Part shown: piece by piece, positions 16,961 through 25,349 of the stretch | Layout: each line of letters starts with the position of its first letter | Numbering within the stretch: the stretch's first letter is position 1 | From: Nostoc sp. PCC 7120 = FACHB-418 | GTDB taxonomy: Bacteria; Cyanobacteriota; Cyanobacteriia; Cyanobacteriales; Nostocaceae | Assembly (NCBI RefSeq): GCF_000009705.1 | Contig: NC_003272.1 | Location: 3,330,001 to 3,362,000, forward strand | Direction of reading: 5' to 3' | DNA length: 32,000 bases | Position numbers and translations under genes: made by a program | The notes under the pieces: generated by a model | Told to the model about the DNA's origin: nothing | Databases searched by the model: none | The model's input: the letters and a program-made list of their open reading frames with translations, nothing else

Positions 16961-18241
16961 TTACTCCTGCGCCCCAGCCTGCTTGAGAATCTGGACTATA
17001 CTCCTAAAACCATTAAACTCGGCAATCATCAAAGCCGTGTAACCACCCCGGTTTTTTAAATTTGTATCAGCCCCGCCTTCCAATAATATTTGCACCACCT
17101 TGTTATAGCCCCCAGAAGCAGCCCAGATTAAGGCTGTAGCCCCCACAGAGTCTTGGTAATTAACATTCGCGCCTTTCGCCAGCAATAACTGAATTACCCC
17201 CGGATGGTTACGTTCCGTGGCTTTAATCAAGGCTGTTTTACCATCACTGGCGGGGATATTGGCATTAGCGCCATAGTCTAACAATATTCTGACGGTTGCG
17301 GTGTGGCCTTGGGATGCGGCTAGGGTTAAAGGTGTCTCACCTAAATTATCTCCATGCACATTTGCGCCATATTTCAATAGTGTTTCGACTATCTGATCAT
17401 GTCCTTGTAATGCTGCTACCAATAAGGGCGTATCGCCAAGTTTGTTTTTAATTTGGGTATTTGCGCCTTGATTCAGTAGCACCTGTACCACATCAACGTA
17501 ACCTTCCACTGTGGCGAGGTGTAGGGCTGATTCACCATCTTGGTCTTGGTGATTTACATCAGCCCCTCTATCTAGTAAAATTTTGGCGATCGCTCCATTT
17601 CCTGCTGCTACGGCTGCTAACAATGCTGTACCACCGTCTTGGTTTTGTTCGTTGACATCAACCCCAGCTGCCAGCAGCACTTGTACCACATCCCCATGAC
17701 CTGAATCGGCTGCTAACATTAACAGGGTTTCGCCTTCTTCATCTTCACAATTAGCGTCTGCACCACTTGGTAAAATTAACTGCACTACAGCCGCTTGTCC
17801 TCGCTTCACCGCTAGCTTTAAAGCAGTATCATCATCTTTATCGGTGATATTGACATCAGCACCAGCCGCTAACAAAACCCGCGCCACTTCTACATTACCT
17901 TTTAGGGCTGCTGCCATTAAAGCCGTACTACCATCTTCATTGGTAGCATTGACAGCAGCACCTCTAGAAATTAAAAGCTGCACAATATCAACTTGATTAG
18001 CACTAGCCGCTAACATCAAAGCCGTCAAACCATAGCGTTTTCTAGCTAAATTGACATTAGCCCCCCCATCTAAAAGCGATCGCACAATTTCCGTGTACCC
18101 TAGATTAGCAGCAAACATCAGCGCTGTAGTCCCGTCGCGATCGCATATATCCACCCCAACACCAGCAGCCAGTAGCGCACCCAGCCCCTTGATATCGCCA
18201 CTCTTCGCCACCTTTAGCAGCAAAACATCGTTATTAGTCAT
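16961..18241 (-). CDS. ankyrin-repeat protein (about 13 consecutive 33-aa repeats, no other domain)
   Basis: The G-TALM-AA--G---VV-LLL--GADVN consensus repeats across the whole 426 aa. Confidence 0.92.
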   Translation of the reverse strand: MTNNDVLLLKVAKSGDIKGLGALLAAGVGVDICDRDGTTALMFAANLGYTEIVRSLLDGGANVNLARKRYGLTALMLAASANQVDIVQLLISRGAAVNATNEDGSTALMAAALKGNVEVARVLLAAGADVNITDKDDDTALKLAVKRGQAAVVQLILPSGADANCEDEEGETLLMLAADSGHGDVVQVLLAAGVDVNEQNQDGGTALLAAVAAGNGAIAKILLDRGADVNHQDQDGESALHLATVEGYVDVVQVLLNQGANTQIKNKLGDTPLLVAALQGHDQIVETLLKYGANVHGDNLGETPLTLAASQGHTATVRILLDYGANANIPASDGKTALIKATERNHPGVIQLLLAKGANVNYQDSVGATALIWAASGGYNKVVQILLEGGADTNLKNRGGYTALMIAEFNGFRSIVQILKQAGAQE

Positions 18242-18276
18242 TAGTTATTAGTCATTAGTCAATAGTCAACAGTCAA
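18228..18276. repeat. heptamer array TAGTCAT/TAGTCAA/TAGTTAT overlapping the ankyrin gene start codon
   Basis: Read as tagtcat tagttat tagtcat tagtcaa tagtcaa cagtcaa. The unit at 18235-18241 is the reverse complement of ATGACTA, which gives the ATG and second codon of the ankyrin gene. Confidence 0.9.
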
Positions 18277-18452
18277 TATTATTTTCTCAGCAAGTTGCTC
18301 AACGCCCCGCTACCGCTCTAAGTTGCTCCTCTTGGGTTAAGCGCAGCTAGGCTCACAGGGCTTAACAATCATCTTCACACTCTGTGGCCTCAATCACGTA
18401 ACTTAGAGTTATGCTAATTTTTATTAAGATTTAAGGATTAGGCGAGAACACA

Positions 18453-18923
18453 ATGAATCTGGAATTGTCTGCCTCGGTTAAATATTGGCTAAACTTCTTT
18501 CACCCATTGATGATGTGGGTGTTATTGGCGTTATCACTCTATGCGGCTTACTTAGGACTACAGCTACAGCGCACCAGGAATGCTCAAGGAGAACAAAAGA
18601 AAGAACTGATTAAAGGTAGATACAATGTCAGACACTACCAAATAGGATCGATACTTTTAGCCTTGATGGTAGCAGGTGCGATTGGTGGGATGGCTGTTAC
18701 TTACATTAATAACGGTAAATTATTTGTCGGGCCTCACCTACTAGCGGGCTTAGGTATGACAGGTTTAATTGCATTTTCCGCAGCTCTATCTCCTTATATG
18801 CAGAAAGGAGCAAACTGGGCGAGGGTGAGTCATATTTTAATCAACTTCGTGATTTTAGGACTCTTTACTTGGCAGGCTATCACTGGCGTGCAGATTGTCC
18901 AAAGAATTCTGACTCAAGCTTAG
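18453..18923 (+). CDS. 4-TM membrane protein (DUF4079-like)
   Basis: Four hydrophobic helices with conserved-looking HP..M and GPHL motifs. The family assignment is from memory. Confidence 0.7.
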   Translation: MNLELSASVKYWLNFFHPLMMWVLLALSLYAAYLGLQLQRTRNAQGEQKKELIKGRYNVRHYQIGSILLALMVAGAIGGMAVTYINNGKLFVGPHLLAGLGMTGLIAFSAALSPYMQKGANWARVSHILINFVILGLFTWQAITGVQIVQRILTQA

Positions 18924-18970
18924 TCAATAGTCAATAGTCATTAGTCATCGGTTATTGACTATTGACTATT
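18921..18970. terminator. heptamer-built hairpin between convergent genes
   Basis: tagtcaatagtcaata (18921-18936) pairs perfectly with tattgactattgacta (18953-18968) to form a 16-bp stem. The first TAG is the stop codon of the 18453..18923 gene. Confidence 0.75.
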
Positions 18971-18973
18971 AAC

Positions 18974-19642
18974 TTACCGCTTTTTCTTACAATTACCAGG
19001 AAAGGAAACTCCAACAGAGTGGTGAAAATCTTCTTGAACTTTGCGAGTTAGGCGACGGGAAACTTGGCGGACAATTTGGTTGAGTAAGCGATCGCCTGTA
19101 GACTGAATTAGAGATTTAGGTAAACGCTGAATAAACCGTGGAAAGTGGAGACAAACAGTTAAATCCAATTCCCATTCAACTTTTGTCACCGTATGTTCAC
19201 CAAAATCTTCTCTTAACTGAAGCGCAGCTCGATAATCCACATCATAACCAGGCGGTTGATAGTCAGGAATGGGAATTGTCCGGATGCAATAAATACCCTC
19301 TTGTGGCGGTAACAATTCTAAACCAATCTTTGGTTCGACTTCATAACCAAAAGAGCCAAAACGACCAATAGTTAGAGCATAACCATGTTCTCCTAGAGGT
19401 TGCACTTTCATCGGTTCGGCACAGCGTGTAAACCAAGAACCATGACTATTAAGATATTCAGCAACTTTTTGTGCTGGAGCATACATTTCCATTGAGTCGC
19501 TATAGCGACCATAAAATTTACTTAGTGTACCAGCACTCAATCCTGTGTCTGCATCCTCAGTTTCTGGGAAATTGGGAACAACAGGCACAGTTTTTTCTGT
19601 GATATCCAAAGATTGATATTCGCCGTTTGTTGAAAGCATCAA
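18974..19642 (-). CDS. conserved hypothetical protein (DUF1997-like)
   Basis: A 222-aa ORF with normal composition. The central region (WFTRCAEPMKVQPLGEHGYALTIGRFGSFGYEVEPKIGLEL) resembles DUF1997 proteins of cyanobacteria and plastids. The family assignment is from memory. Confidence 0.7.
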   Translation of the reverse strand: MMLSTNGEYQSLDITEKTVPVVPNFPETEDADTGLSAGTLSKFYGRYSDSMEMYAPAQKVAEYLNSHGSWFTRCAEPMKVQPLGEHGYALTIGRFGSFGYEVEPKIGLELLPPQEGIYCIRTIPIPDYQPPGYDVDYRAALQLREDFGEHTVTKVEWELDLTVCLHFPRFIQRLPKSLIQSTGDRLLNQIVRQVSRRLTRKVQEDFHHSVGVSFPGNCKKKR

Positions 19643-19814
19643 TGCGTTCCCCTCTAATTTGGCGTTTGTCTATATTAATAATTCCCAGGCTGTGTGGGTG
19701 GTTTAGCACTAAATTACTATTTTGACCGAAACCTTATGAATCTGTCATGAACTTCATGGAATCACTACAATATACAGAGCAGTTATACATTAGTTACCCA
19801 GGATAGCGTTAATC

Positions 19815-20471
19815 ATGAAAGCATTTGTAGCAGGAGCAACAGGTGAAACAGGTCGCCGCATCGTCCAAGAGTTGATAGCGCGGAATATTCCTGTACGTGC
19901 TTTGGTACGAGATGAACAAACAGCTAGAGCTATTTTGCCTCCTGATGCAGAATTAGTGGTGGGTGATGTGTTGAACCCTGCTAGTCTAACTGCGGCCTTG
20001 GGTGATAGTACAGTGGTATTGTGTGCTACTGGCGCAAAACCAAGTTTTGACCCTACCGGGCCTTATAAAGTAGATTTTGAAGGCACTAAAAATTTAGTGG
20101 ATGTGGCAAAAGCCAAGGGAATTGAAAATTTTGTCTTAGTAACTTCTTTGTGTGTCTCCCAATTTTTTCACCCATTGAACTTATTTTGGCTAATTCTGGT
20201 GTGGAAGAAACAAGCGGAAGAGTATCTGCAAAAAAGCGGACTTACTTATACGATAGTTCGTCCCGGTGGTTTGAAGAACGAGGATAACTCAGATGCGATC
20301 GTCATGCAAAGTTCTGATACTTTATTTGATGGTAGTATTCCTCGGCAAAAAGTAGCTCAAGTCTGCGTCGAGTCCTTGTTTGAGCCAGACGCACGCAATA
20401 AAATAGTTGAGATTGTCGCTAAACCAGAAGCTAGTTCCAAAACTTTTACAGAATTATTTCAACAGTGTTAG
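19815..20471 (+). CDS. NAD(P)-binding atypical SDR (NmrA/Ycf39-like)
   Basis: An N-terminal Rossmann motif (MKAFVAGATGETGRRIV) and a typical 218-aa length. Confidence 0.85.
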   Translation: MKAFVAGATGETGRRIVQELIARNIPVRALVRDEQTARAILPPDAELVVGDVLNPASLTAALGDSTVVLCATGAKPSFDPTGPYKVDFEGTKNLVDVAKAKGIENFVLVTSLCVSQFFHPLNLFWLILVWKKQAEEYLQKSGLTYTIVRPGGLKNEDNSDAIVMQSSDTLFDGSIPRQKVAQVCVESLFEPDARNKIVEIVAKPEASSKTFTELFQQC

Positions 20472-20489
20472 TTAACAGTCAATAACTAA
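20469..20489. repeat. degenerate heptamer run TAGTTAA CAGTCAA TAACTAA
   Basis: The first unit supplies the TAG stop (20469-20471) of the SDR gene. Confidence 0.6.
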
Positions 20490-20636
20490 GGAAGATTTTT
20501 GAACTTTACCGGAATTGGTGCGTCTATTTTTGTTGTTAGATTAGAGAGCTAATTTGCAAGGAGTGAGAATCTGAAAGGCTTTGAACTCAAAGGGGCAGAA
20601 AAATTCATTGGCCCTATAGCCGCACTTCTCGGCTTT

Positions 20637-21230
20637 GTGTATTTATTTCAATGGTATATATTTGGAGAATTGCGATCGCCTTCTGATCCGATCTTTGGAA
20701 ATAACTTACCACCTTTGGTCATGAAAGGCGGTGATCCCCATATTCGCGCTTTAATGCGTACCATTTCCGCAAGTGAAGCCAATGGAAACCGCCCCTACTC
20801 TTTGTTGTATGGTGGACAACAAGTAACTGACCTGAGCAAGCATCCTGAGATATGCGTCACTATTGTCACAGGCCCAAACACAGGTGATTGTTCCACGGCG
20901 GCGGGAAGGTATCAAATCATCAACACTACTTGGTTTGACATAGCCCCCCGCTATCATCCCAAACCATCACAAATGATGTTTTGGTCTTCCTACAGTTTTG
21001 AGCCAGAATATCAAGATTTGGTTGTTTACCGTTGGTTAAACGATTCGCGGGTTTGGGGAGTGGATATTTCTCAACTACTGCGCCAAGGCAAAATCAATGA
21101 CGTTTTGCGGCGACTCTCCCCCACTTGGACAAGTTTAGGTTATGGCATAGAAACAAATTCTATTAGTCGTTCTTTGCCTAGAATTTATCAGAAAATGTTG
21201 CAAGAAGAATTAACAAGGGCTAGTCAATAG
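20637..21230 (+). CDS. GH104 (lambda-lysozyme-like) lytic transglycosylase domain protein; N-terminus uncertain
   Basis: The motifs SASEANG..., LYGG..., HP and STAAGRYQIINTTW match the lambda R / GH104 pattern. The track start, GTG 20637, falls in the middle of a hydrophobic segment that stays open in frame back to 20554. Confidence 0.8.
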   Translation: MYLFQWYIFGELRSPSDPIFGNNLPPLVMKGGDPHIRALMRTISASEANGNRPYSLLYGGQQVTDLSKHPEICVTIVTGPNTGDCSTAAGRYQIINTTWFDIAPRYHPKPSQMMFWSSYSFEPEYQDLVVYRWLNDSRVWGVDISQLLRQGKINDVLRRLSPTWTSLGYGIETNSISRSLPRIYQKMLQEELTRASQ

Positions 21231-21241
21231 TCATTAGTTAA
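21221..21241. repeat. heptamer run TAGTCAA TAGTCAT TAGTTAA
   Basis: It encodes the last codons (S-Q) and the TAG stop (21228-21230) of the GH104 gene. Confidence 0.85.
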
Positions 21242-21332
21242 CACTTGTAGTGATTAAGAGTTAAGTTAGTACAGAAATAATGTTTTTAAACGCAGAGGGC
21301 GCGGAGATTGCCCAATTTTATTAGCGGTGTAC

Positions 21333-22154
21333 TCAGTACCTCGTTATGTCAAAAAAATTATTTAGTTTCTGCACAAATTCTAAGGTATTCTCAAAGTGAA
21401 TATTATGTGCAGCATTACTAATTATTTTTAGCTGAGATGCTGGGGCTATCTTTGTCATTTTGACATTGATATCTATAAATTTTTTGTCATTCTCACCAAC
21501 AAGTAAAAGTAAAGGAATCTGATTATTTTGCAGTTTTTCCCATAAAGATAGCTGGCTACCAATTCCCATAAATTGTAATGATTTAACTAACTCCAGGGGA
21601 TGATTTTGCAATCGACTTTCTATCACCCTGGGAAACTCTGGATAATTTTTTATATTGCCGAAAATAGGCTGATTATACCAATTAAGTAAAAAAGTCGTAA
21701 AATCGGTTTTTTCTAAACTTCTGCCTAGCTTCTTAGCTATTTGGGCATCGCGTTTAACTCTATCTAATCGTTCTGCTTCTGTGGCTAAACCTGGGGAGGA
21801 TGATTCTAAGACTACTTGATAAAAACGTTGGGGAAAATGTAGAGTTAAATATAAACCTAATCTTCCACCCATTGAATAGCCAACTAAAAAGCATTTAGTT
21901 ATTTCTAATTTATCTAATAAATTAATTAAGCCTTGAGCAGTATTTGCCATTGAGTAATATTCATCTCCACCCAACACTTGAGTTTTCCCATGTCCGGGTA
22001 AGTCAAGTTTGAGATAAGAAAAATCATCACCTAGTAATTCTATAGCCGCGTCAAATTCATCAATATTCCCCATGAAACCGTGGAGTAACAGAATCACAGG
22101 TTTATCAGTATTGCCAGTTAGGGAATAATTAAATTGGTAATTCTCTATAGTCAT
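21333..22154 (-). CDS. menH: 2-succinyl-6-hydroxy-2,4-cyclohexadiene-1-carboxylate synthase (alpha/beta hydrolase)
   Basis: LLLHGFMGN..., DLPGHGKT, the GYSMGGR nucleophile elbow and the pattern ESSSPGL..EAER...NWYNQPIF parallel E. coli MenH (EGGHPGL..AEQR...DWYQQPVF). Confidence 0.7.
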   Translation of the reverse strand: MTIENYQFNYSLTGNTDKPVILLLHGFMGNIDEFDAAIELLGDDFSYLKLDLPGHGKTQVLGGDEYYSMANTAQGLINLLDKLEITKCFLVGYSMGGRLGLYLTLHFPQRFYQVVLESSSPGLATEAERLDRVKRDAQIAKKLGRSLEKTDFTTFLLNWYNQPIFGNIKNYPEFPRVIESRLQNHPLELVKSLQFMGIGSQLSLWEKLQNNQIPLLLLVGENDKKFIDINVKMTKIAPASQLKIISNAAHNIHFENTLEFVQKLNNFFDITRY

Positions 22155-22268
22155 ATTTTAAAAGAAAAGCGATCGATGACTTATTTAGAGTCTATTTTCC
22201 GGCGAGATGTTACCACTGAAAAAGTTATGCGATCGCTTTCCTGATTTTTCACAAGTATCAAGCTACAT

Positions 22269-22814
22269 TCACATTGGGTTCTGTTCTGCTGTGACGTAGG
22301 TAACGGCTAAAGGCGTTAACTCTCTTTCCAATTGAGTCATGACAGCATGATCAAAATCTGACCAGATGCGTTTTTCACCAAAGACACAAGGTTGTAGAAT
22401 CCCCCACAGTTGACCATCTTGGCAAAAGTGAGCATGAATCAAGGCTCGATGTCCAAAGTTCTTGCGCTCAAATTCTTTATTTACAACTTTTGGGCTTGCA
22501 GTTTCCACATCTTCAACATAAACGGAAGCCTCAGTTCGTAGCGCAGCCGCAAATAAGGGATCTTCTTCGGGTAATGATGGCGGCTCTAAATTCCATTGGG
22601 AGTTGATCATATCGGGAATATCTCGATGTCGCCGCCAGCAATAAGCTACTTTACCAAGGCGGGTTTGCGGATTTCTCAGGTAAAGAAAACAGCGATCGCA
22701 TTGTAATACTTCTCCCAGTGCTGGCAGAATTGCAGAAAAGACTGCATCTGGCTCAATGTGTTTATCTAAAATACTTTGTATGATTTCTGGTAAAGCTAAG
22801 TCATTCATTAACAA
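22269..22814 (-). CDS. GAF-domain protein
   Basis: A 181-aa single-domain protein whose pattern (LGEVLQCDRCFLYLRN...) is typical of stand-alone GAF proteins. Confidence 0.7.
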   Translation of the reverse strand: MLMNDLALPEIIQSILDKHIEPDAVFSAILPALGEVLQCDRCFLYLRNPQTRLGKVAYCWRRHRDIPDMINSQWNLEPPSLPEEDPLFAAALRTEASVYVEDVETASPKVVNKEFERKNFGHRALIHAHFCQDGQLWGILQPCVFGEKRIWSDFDHAVMTQLERELTPLAVTYVTAEQNPM

Positions 22815-22899
22815 GCAAATCCTAAACTTTCATATCTTGTCAATGACCTATAACTGAACACATCACTCTATAGACACATATAATGTGCTAATTTTCTAC

Positions 22900-23024
22900 A
22901 AGTACTTACGCATGAAAACGAAAGATAAAGGGTTTGAACAAGGGTATAGGGAAGGATATAAATGTTTGAAACCTTTACACCCCTACACCCGGTCTCAACA
23001 GAAAACCTGGGTGCGTAAGTCCTA
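22900..23024 (+). mobile_element. MITE-like element, copy 3 (125 bp)
   Basis: Terminal repeats are AAGTACTTACGCA / TGCGTAAGTCCTA (2 mismatches). The flanks are TCTAC and TTTAC (4 of 5 identical). It aligns with copies 1 and 2 along its whole length. Confidence 0.8.
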
Positions 23025-23135
23025 TTTACCAGAGGTGAAAAGCTTTGATACTGGATTAGTCCAAATATTCTACAATTTAACTTACTAAAAAATAGATTCT
23101 CGACTTATCTTAAAAGCCGGGAATCGATATAAAAA

Positions 23136-23537
23136 TTAAGGTAAAAATCTATCTAACGCTGCTTTAAGTTGCTTAATTTCTTCTTCTATATTGCCTTCTT
23201 TGGAAGCTCTGGCAATACATTCTGTTAAATGTTCATCGAGAACAATTCTGGCTACCTTATCTAATGCACCCCGTACAGCAGCAATTTGTAATAAAACGTC
23301 AGGACAAGGGCTATTTTGTTGCACCATTGTTTTGATACCGCGAATGTGTCCTTCTATGCGTGACAACCGATTGACAATTCGCCGTAAAGATTCTTCGCTA
23401 TGAACGTGAGCGTGAACCGACTCTGCCTGTCCGTGAGTATGATGTTTGTGGTCATGTTCTGCATCATGATTGTGGGACTCTTCAACTTTTTGAGGCACAG
23501 GCAAGGATTCTTGAGCTAATTGGTCTGATCCATTCAT
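23136..23537 (-). CDS. CsoR/RcnR/InrS-family metal-sensing repressor with His-rich N-terminal extension
   Basis: RIVNRLSRIEGHIRGIKTMV, SPCPDVLLQI and LDEHLTECI give the H-C-H-C ligand pattern. The N-terminus carries HNHDAEHDHKHHTHGQAESVHAHVH. Confidence 0.88.
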   Translation of the reverse strand: MNGSDQLAQESLPVPQKVEESHNHDAEHDHKHHTHGQAESVHAHVHSEESLRRIVNRLSRIEGHIRGIKTMVQQNSPCPDVLLQIAAVRGALDKVARIVLDEHLTECIARASKEGNIEEEIKQLKAALDRFLP

Positions 23538-23844
23538 AGGGAGTTATAGCGCTGGTAATATTCAGATCCTACCCTAGAGATGGTCAGCCCCTTCAATAGG
23601 TGAGGCTACGCGTAGACTTCGGCGTGAGATTAATCAAACGCTTGTTTTCCCGCAGGGGTACAGGGCATTCAAAACTCGAAATCTCACACCTGTTCCAGCC
23701 CCTCTGCTTTCTCCTCATCCCTAGTCCTTTGGTAAAACCCGAACCTTGGAAGTGGGAATCTCTACAATAGCTATGAGGTTAAATATTCAATTAACTTTAA
23801 TTAGAGCTAGAGAATCAGTACTTGATTTTTGATAAGTAGGTTGG

Positions 23845-23881
23845 GCAATGCCCACCAAGATCGTGATACGGTGGGCATTGC
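23845..23881. repeat. 12-bp perfect inverted repeat hairpin
   Basis: gcaatgcccacc (23845-23856) pairs with ggtgggcattgc (23870-23881) across a 13-nt loop, in the divergent intergenic region. Confidence 0.8.
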
Positions 23882-24034
23882 TACAGACACTCAGATTTTT
23901 TCAAATTATCTAATCCGATTTCTATAGCCGATTGAAATTTTAAGCAGGAATGTGAGGTTTCCATGTAGTGATTAGTATGCAAATTTGTCAAAATAATTTT
24001 AAATTGGGCAAAATTTAGACTTCTAGATTAGGTT

Positions 24035-25258
24035 GTGAATATGCAATTTTCCAAATTATCCAGGTCTATACGCCAACTCGGTACTCATGTATTAGCAATA
24101 TTTATAGGAGTTGTATTAACGGTTAGCAGTTTGCGTGTTTTGCCGTCGCAAGCGGAACCAGCGCCTAATCCTAGTACAACTGGATCTGCGCCGGAACTAG
24201 TTGCTCAAAGACAATCACCAACTGCGGCTGTTATCGGTAACAGTAGTTTTGTGACAGCAGCTGTGAATCGTGTTGGTTCAGCAGTGGTGAGGATTGATAC
24301 AGAACGCACAATTACACGCCGGGTAGATCCATTTTTGGAAGATCCCTTTTTCCGGCGCTTTTTTGGTGAAGGCTTTCAGGGACAGTTGCCACCAGAACAG
24401 ATGCGTGGTTTAGGTTCGGGATTTATCATTGATAAAAGTGGCTTAATCTTAACTAATGCCCATGTGGTAGATAAAGCCGATCGCGTGACTGTTCGCCTGA
24501 AAGATGGCCGTAGTTTTGACGGTAAGGTGCAAGGCATTGATGAAGTCACGGATTTAGCGGTGGTGAAAATCAACGCGGGTAATAGTCTACCAGTTGCACC
24601 CTTGGGTTCTTCTAATAATGTCCAAGTGGGAGACTGGGCGATCGCAGTTGGTAATCCTTTGGGTTTTGATAATACTGTTACTTTGGGTATTGTCAGCACC
24701 CTCAAGCGTTCTAGCGCTCAAGTGGGGATTACTGATAAGCGTTTAGATTTCATCCAAACTGATGCAGCCATTAACCCTGGTAACTCTGGTGGCCCGTTGT
24801 TAAATGACAAGGGTGAAGTGATTGGGATTAACACTGCCATTCGTGCTGATGCAATGGGGATTGGATTTGCGATTCCTATTGATAAAGCTAAAGCGATCGC
24901 TACTCAATTGGAACGAGATGGTAAAGTTGCTCACCCCTATTTAGGTGTACAAATGGCAACTTTAACACCTGAATTAGCTCAACAAAATAATATTGACCCC
25001 AATTCGGCTTTTGCAATTCCCGAAGTTAACGGTGTTTTGGTGATTCGAGTAGTACCTAACTCCCCGGCTGCTAATGCTGGTATCCGACGCGGTGATGTGA
25101 TTTTGCAAGTTGATGGTCAAGCAATCACCACTGCGGAACAGTTACAAAACGTTGTGGAAAACAGTCGCCTCGGTCAAGCGTTACAAGTGAGATTGCAACG
25201 AGGTAATCAGACACAGCAGTTATCAGTACGCACGGCTGAATTGCAAAATGCTGCTTAA
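24035..25258 (+). CDS. HtrA/DegP-family serine protease (trypsin-like domain plus PDZ)
   Basis: The catalytic triad context is present (TNAHVV, DLAVVK, GNSGGPL), as is a C-terminal PDZ domain ([18 protein letters not shown]). The track gives a GTG start; an alternative ATG lies at 24041. Confidence 0.93.
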   Translation: MNMQFSKLSRSIRQLGTHVLAIFIGVVLTVSSLRVLPSQAEPAPNPSTTGSAPELVAQRQSPTAAVIGNSSFVTAAVNRVGSAVVRIDTERTITRRVDPFLEDPFFRRFFGEGFQGQLPPEQMRGLGSGFIIDKSGLILTNAHVVDKADRVTVRLKDGRSFDGKVQGIDEVTDLAVVKINAGNSLPVAPLGSSNNVQVGDWAIAVGNPLGFDNTVTLGIVSTLKRSSAQVGITDKRLDFIQTDAAINPGNSGGPLLNDKGEVIGINTAIRADAMGIGFAIPIDKAKAIATQLERDGKVAHPYLGVQMATLTPELAQQNNIDPNSAFAIPEVNGVLVIRVVPNSPAANAGIRRGDVILQVDGQAITTAEQLQNVVENSRLGQALQVRLQRGNQTQQLSVRTAELQNAA

Positions 25259-25282
25259 GGAATAATCAGGTTGATTCATGAG

Positions 25283-25316
25283 TATAGGGGTGTTTTTTAA
25301 TACCCCTATATTTTTT
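25283..25316 (+). terminator. rho-independent terminator after the htrA-like gene
   Basis: tataggggt (25283-25291) pairs with acccctata (25302-25310), followed by tttttta. The stem uses the same GGGGTATA motif as the 1080-1124 array. Confidence 0.8.
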
Positions 25317-25349
25317 ATAGGTTAGTGACTGCTATAGGGCTGCTATTTA

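Noticed and set aside
18292-18328. A 9-bp direct repeat AAGTTGCTC flanking 19 nt might be the footprint of a second nested mini-insertion.
   Set aside because: In 32 kb, roughly five 9-bp repeats within 40 nt of each other are expected by chance (about 1.3 million position pairs times 4^-9). There is no insert-free copy to compare. A shared 10-mer (AACGCCCCGC, also at 29539-29548) is likewise within chance expectation.
15457-21230. The holin-family protein (15457-15810) and the GH104 lysozyme (20637-21230) might form a prophage lysis cassette.
   Set aside because: The two genes are about 5 kb apart and separated by housekeeping-type genes (CbiG-type, ankyrin, DUF proteins, SDR). There are no capsid, tail, integrase or terminase genes. 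The DUF360 'holin 4' family is widespread outside phages.
23560-23600. A CsoR-type operator might lie just upstream of the repressor gene (TACCCTAGAGATGGTCAGCCCC).
   Set aside because: The G and C tracts are not arranged as an inverted repeat. The resemblance to known CsoR operators is partial and recalled from memory, so it is not strong enough to call.
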